NCBI GenBank assembly: GCA_963844035.1
Contig: CAWJMT010000003.1
Span: forward strand, 64,001-128,000
From: an uncultured Gemmatimonadales bacterium
Lineage (GTDB): Bacteria; Gemmatimonadota; Gemmatimonadetes; Gemmatimonadales; GWC2-71-9
DNA: 64,000 bases
Reading direction: 5' to 3'
The notes beneath the pieces were generated by a model. It saw nothing but the letters and a program-made list of their open reading frames with translations. It searched no databases and was not told where the DNA came from. Numbering within the stretch: the stretch's first letter is position 1; every line of letters begins with the position of its first letter. This document shows positions 61,121 through 64,000 of the stretch, one piece after another. Position numbers and translations under genes: made by a program.

Positions 61121-63784
61121 CTAATTCCTGGGGCCGCTCTCGGCCACGCGCCGGCGCAGCTCCGTGATCCAGTTGGGCGAGGCGACGAGCTGGAAGTCGT
61201 CCGCGTCGGACAGGATCGCCAGGATGCGCCGGCCATCGCGCGTCACGTCGTAGGTCGGCCCCCGGTAGGCGCCACCCGCGAGCGTTGGCAGAATGGTGTC
61301 TCGCGCCAGCAGCGTGAAGGCCGGCGAAAGCGAAACTCTCGCGGCGAGCAGGGCGGGGCCCGCGCGGTAGTAGAGGCGGCTGCCGTCGCGGGACCAGATC
61401 GGTTCTCTCCCCCCGGCCACCGAAATCTGAATCCTGGACGACGGATCGGGGAATGAGCGGACGTACACCTCATCGCGTCCGGATTCGTCCGACACCAGCG
61501 CTACCCACTTGCCGTCCGGCGAGAATCCCGGAGCGGTTTCATTCGCCGGCGTCGTGAGGTAGTTCTGCTCGACGGGTTGCGAGTCGAGGCGGACCCGGTA
61601 AAGGTCCCAGGAAGACTCGTGCAGGGATTGCAGCAGCAGCCAGCGGCCATCCGGCGATCGCGTCGCCGCCGGGGTGAGAAATGGGCTCTCGAAGAGCTTT
61701 TCGGCCGGAGATCCGCCGGCGGCGATCTGCGACCACACCGCGCTGCGCGCCTCTCCGCCCGCGGCGGTGAACACGATGCGCGAGCCGTCGCTGCTCCACT
61801 CTGCGGAGTTCGCCGTTTCGGCGGAGGTCAGCCGCGAGAACGTCGCGAGATTCCGGTCGTAGATCCAGACGTCGCTTTTCTGTCCCTCCCGCACCAGGAT
61901 GGCGATCCGGCGTTCATCGGGGGAGAGCCTGGGATAGTCGAAACCGCGCGCCTGTTCCAGCGCCGGCTCGCGGCGTCCATCGCGCGATACCCAGTTGAGT
62001 TTGCCGCGCGCGCCTCCGCGGGATGCCACCAGCGCCCCGCCGGTGGAAATGAAGATCCCGGAGTTGCCGTTGGCCCACGATTGCACGGGCACGGGGTCAT
62101 GCACGGGAATCGGTCGGCCATCGATGCGCTTCTTCCGGGCATTCAGGGACGCGGCCATCACCGCGCCGTCGGCCTGCAGGTAGACGACCATGCCGTCCAC
62201 CACCGCCAACGGGCGGATGGCAGGGGTACCGAGGGGCACGAACGCGCCATTCTCGAGGGAGGCGATGGCGAGCCGGGATGCAGCGAGCGTGCCCGACCAA
62301 ATGACGAAAACGATCGACCTGCCGTCGGGCAGCGCGATGGGCCAGAGGTGATCGCGCTCGCCGCGTGCCGTATCGGGCTGGGTCAGCGCGACGGCATCGC
62401 CGCCGGCGGCGCTCACGCGCGACAGCCCGTGGAAGCGACCCTGGGCGCCGAGCACGATCTCGTTGCCGGCCGTCCAGTCGGCCCCGTTCGCGCCATTCGC
62501 GTCGCTGATCGTTACGGGCGCGCCCCCGTCGAGCCGCACCTTGCGTTCCTTTCCCGCCATCTCGAACGCCAGCCAGCTCCCGTCGGGCGAGAAGTACGGT
62601 TGATAGGCGTCCGTCGTTCCCGGAATGGGATGTGCCTCGAGCTGGTCGGTGCGGAGCGCGTACAACATCGAGTTCGTCGCATTCTGCGCAACGGAGTACA
62701 CGACCGTGCCGCCGTCGGGTGAGATCGCGGCCGGCCAGGGAAACTTGTCGCTGGGCTTGGTGCTGTCCGTCGCGGCCACGACAAAGCGGATCGGCGGCAG
62801 CGCGGATCGCTCCGTCCGTCGTGCCAGACCGATCGCGACCGCCAGCGACGCCACGGCGACGAGCGATGGTCCGAAGACGAGCGGATCGCGCAGGCGCGCG
62901 CGCCATGCGGGGGCTGCCGGCGCACGCTCCGTTACTGCGCTGCGGGGCACTGCATTCCCCTGGAGCGCCTCGGCGAACTCATGGGCGGTGGCGAAGCGGT
63001 CCGCCGGCAGCTTCTGCAGCGCGGTGTGCACGGCGGCTTCGACGTGTGGCGGGATCGTCCGGCGCTGCAGCGTCAAGCTGCGCGGCTGCTCTGTCATCAC
63101 CCGCGCGATGATGGCCTGCGCCGTGGGCCCGGTGAACGGCGGCTCCCCCACGAGCATCTCGTAGAGGACGGCGCCGAGCGCGTAGACGTCGCTGCGCGCC
63201 GTGACCTCCCGTTCACCCATCGCCTGTTCGGGGCTCATGTAGTGCGGCGTGCCCAGGCTCATGCCCGTTTCGGTCATCCGGGTCCCGCTGGCCGAGCTGA
63301 CCGCGAGCGCGATTCCGAAGTCGACGACCAGTGCCCGGCCGTCGTGCAGCAGGATGTTCTCCGGCTTGATGTCGCGGTGGATCACTTTGTGGCGGTGGGC
63401 ATAGTCGAGCGCCGAGGCGATCTCGATCGCGATCCGCAGCGCTTCGGCGACGGGAAGCTGTTGCTCGCGGGTGATGCGGTCGCGGAGCGATTCGCCCTCG
63501 ACGGACGGCATCACGTAGTAGAGGAGGCCGTCCACCTCCCCCGAGTCGATCAGCCCCAGGATGTGGGGGTGCTGCAGGTTGGCGGTGACCTTGATCTCTT
63601 TGAGGAACCGGTCGGCGCCGATGACGGCGGCCAATTCCGGGCGCAGCACCTTCAGGGCCACGTGGCGGTCGTGCTTGAGGTCGCGGGCGAGGTATACCGT
63701 CGCCATCCCGCCCGCGCCAAGCTCGCGCTCGATCGTATAGCGCGCCCCGAGGGCGGTGCTCAGGCGTTGCGTCACATCAATCAT
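61121..63784 (-). CDS. Ser/Thr protein kinase with TolB-like beta-propeller
   Basis: Intact 887 aa ORF with the same architecture. Confidence 0.95.
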   Translation of the reverse strand: MIDVTQRLSTALGARYTIERELGAGGMATVYLARDLKHDRHVALKVLRPELAAVIGADRFLKEIKVTANLQHPHILGLIDSGEVDGLLYYVMPSVEGESLRDRITREQQLPVAEALRIAIEIASALDYAHRHKVIHRDIKPENILLHDGRALVVDFGIALAVSSASGTRMTETGMSLGTPHYMSPEQAMGEREVTARSDVYALGAVLYEMLVGEPPFTGPTAQAIIARVMTEQPRSLTLQRRTIPPHVEAAVHTALQKLPADRFATAHEFAEALQGNAVPRSAVTERAPAAPAWRARLRDPLVFGPSLVAVASLAVAIGLARRTERSALPPIRFVVAATDSTKPSDKFPWPAAISPDGGTVVYSVAQNATNSMLYALRTDQLEAHPIPGTTDAYQPYFSPDGSWLAFEMAGKERKVRLDGGAPVTISDANGANGADWTAGNEIVLGAQGRFHGLSRVSAAGGDAVALTQPDTARGERDHLWPIALPDGRSIVFVIWSGTLAASRLAIASLENGAFVPLGTPAIRPLAVVDGMVVYLQADGAVMAASLNARKKRIDGRPIPVHDPVPVQSWANGNSGIFISTGGALVASRGGARGKLNWVSRDGRREPALEQARGFDYPRLSPDERRIAILVREGQKSDVWIYDRNLATFSRLTSAETANSAEWSSDGSRIVFTAAGGEARSAVWSQIAAGGSPAEKLFESPFLTPAATRSPDGRWLLLQSLHESSWDLYRVRLDSQPVEQNYLTTPANETAPGFSPDGKWVALVSDESGRDEVYVRSFPDPSSRIQISVAGGREPIWSRDGSRLYYRAGPALLAARVSLSPAFTLLARDTILPTLAGGAYRGPTYDVTRDGRRILAILSDADDFQLVASPNWITELRRRVAESGPRN

Positions 63785-63920
63785 CGGCGGCCCTGTGGCG
63801 AGAGGCCTGCAAGTTGCACCGGGCCGGATGAGCGGGCCAGGGGTGCCGCTGGCGGCGCGCGCGCGTCAAGGTAGAATTGCGGAGCCAACCGCTCGCCGAC
63901 CGTTACTCGAGAGGGCTCAG

Positions 63921-64000
63921 GTGGAAAAATTCGGACTGACTGTGCGCGCCGCGTCCGGCCCCGGAGTCATGCACCAGATGACCGGGGTGATTGCCAAACA
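63921..64000 (+). CDS. ACT-domain protein, 3'-partial
   Basis: VEKFGLTVRAASGPGVMHQMTGVIAK resembles the ACT beta1-loop-alpha1. Confidence 0.5.
   Translation, partial: MEKFGLTVRAASGPGVMHQMTGVIAK

Overview
High-GC bacterial DNA, most likely Gemmatimonadota (inferred from gene order and the tandem Ser/Thr kinase plus TolB-propeller paralogs). Many single-base indels break essential genes, which points to long-read consensus error rather than real pseudogenes, so gene models were joined across frames by eye. About 1-30.9 kb is housekeeping backbone: mraY-murD-ftsW-murG-murC-ftsQ-ftsA-ftsZ, M23 peptidase, hisA, ftsY, recG, asnS, rtcB, mazG, alr, mtaB, miaB, a ComFB-family gene, comEC, phosphofructokinase and a methylmalonyl-CoA mutase large subunit. 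About 31-58 kb is a run of mostly co-oriented, functionally unrelated accessory genes, followed by two kinase paralogs. The most striking unexplained signal is a set of short 7-8 nt tandem arrays seen only in the backbone. Eight copies of a four-unit (GGGAAGN)4-type element occur, seven of them inside coding sequence, along with TCAGGTG, GGGCAAC and GGCGGGYA families, often with apparently atypical codon usage around them. Also notable are a bidirectional mazG/alr promoter with a shared -10, a MITE-like palindrome, and a degenerate CYTH-like plus FUSC gene pair. No rRNA, tRNA, CRISPR array, integrase or transposase was recognised.
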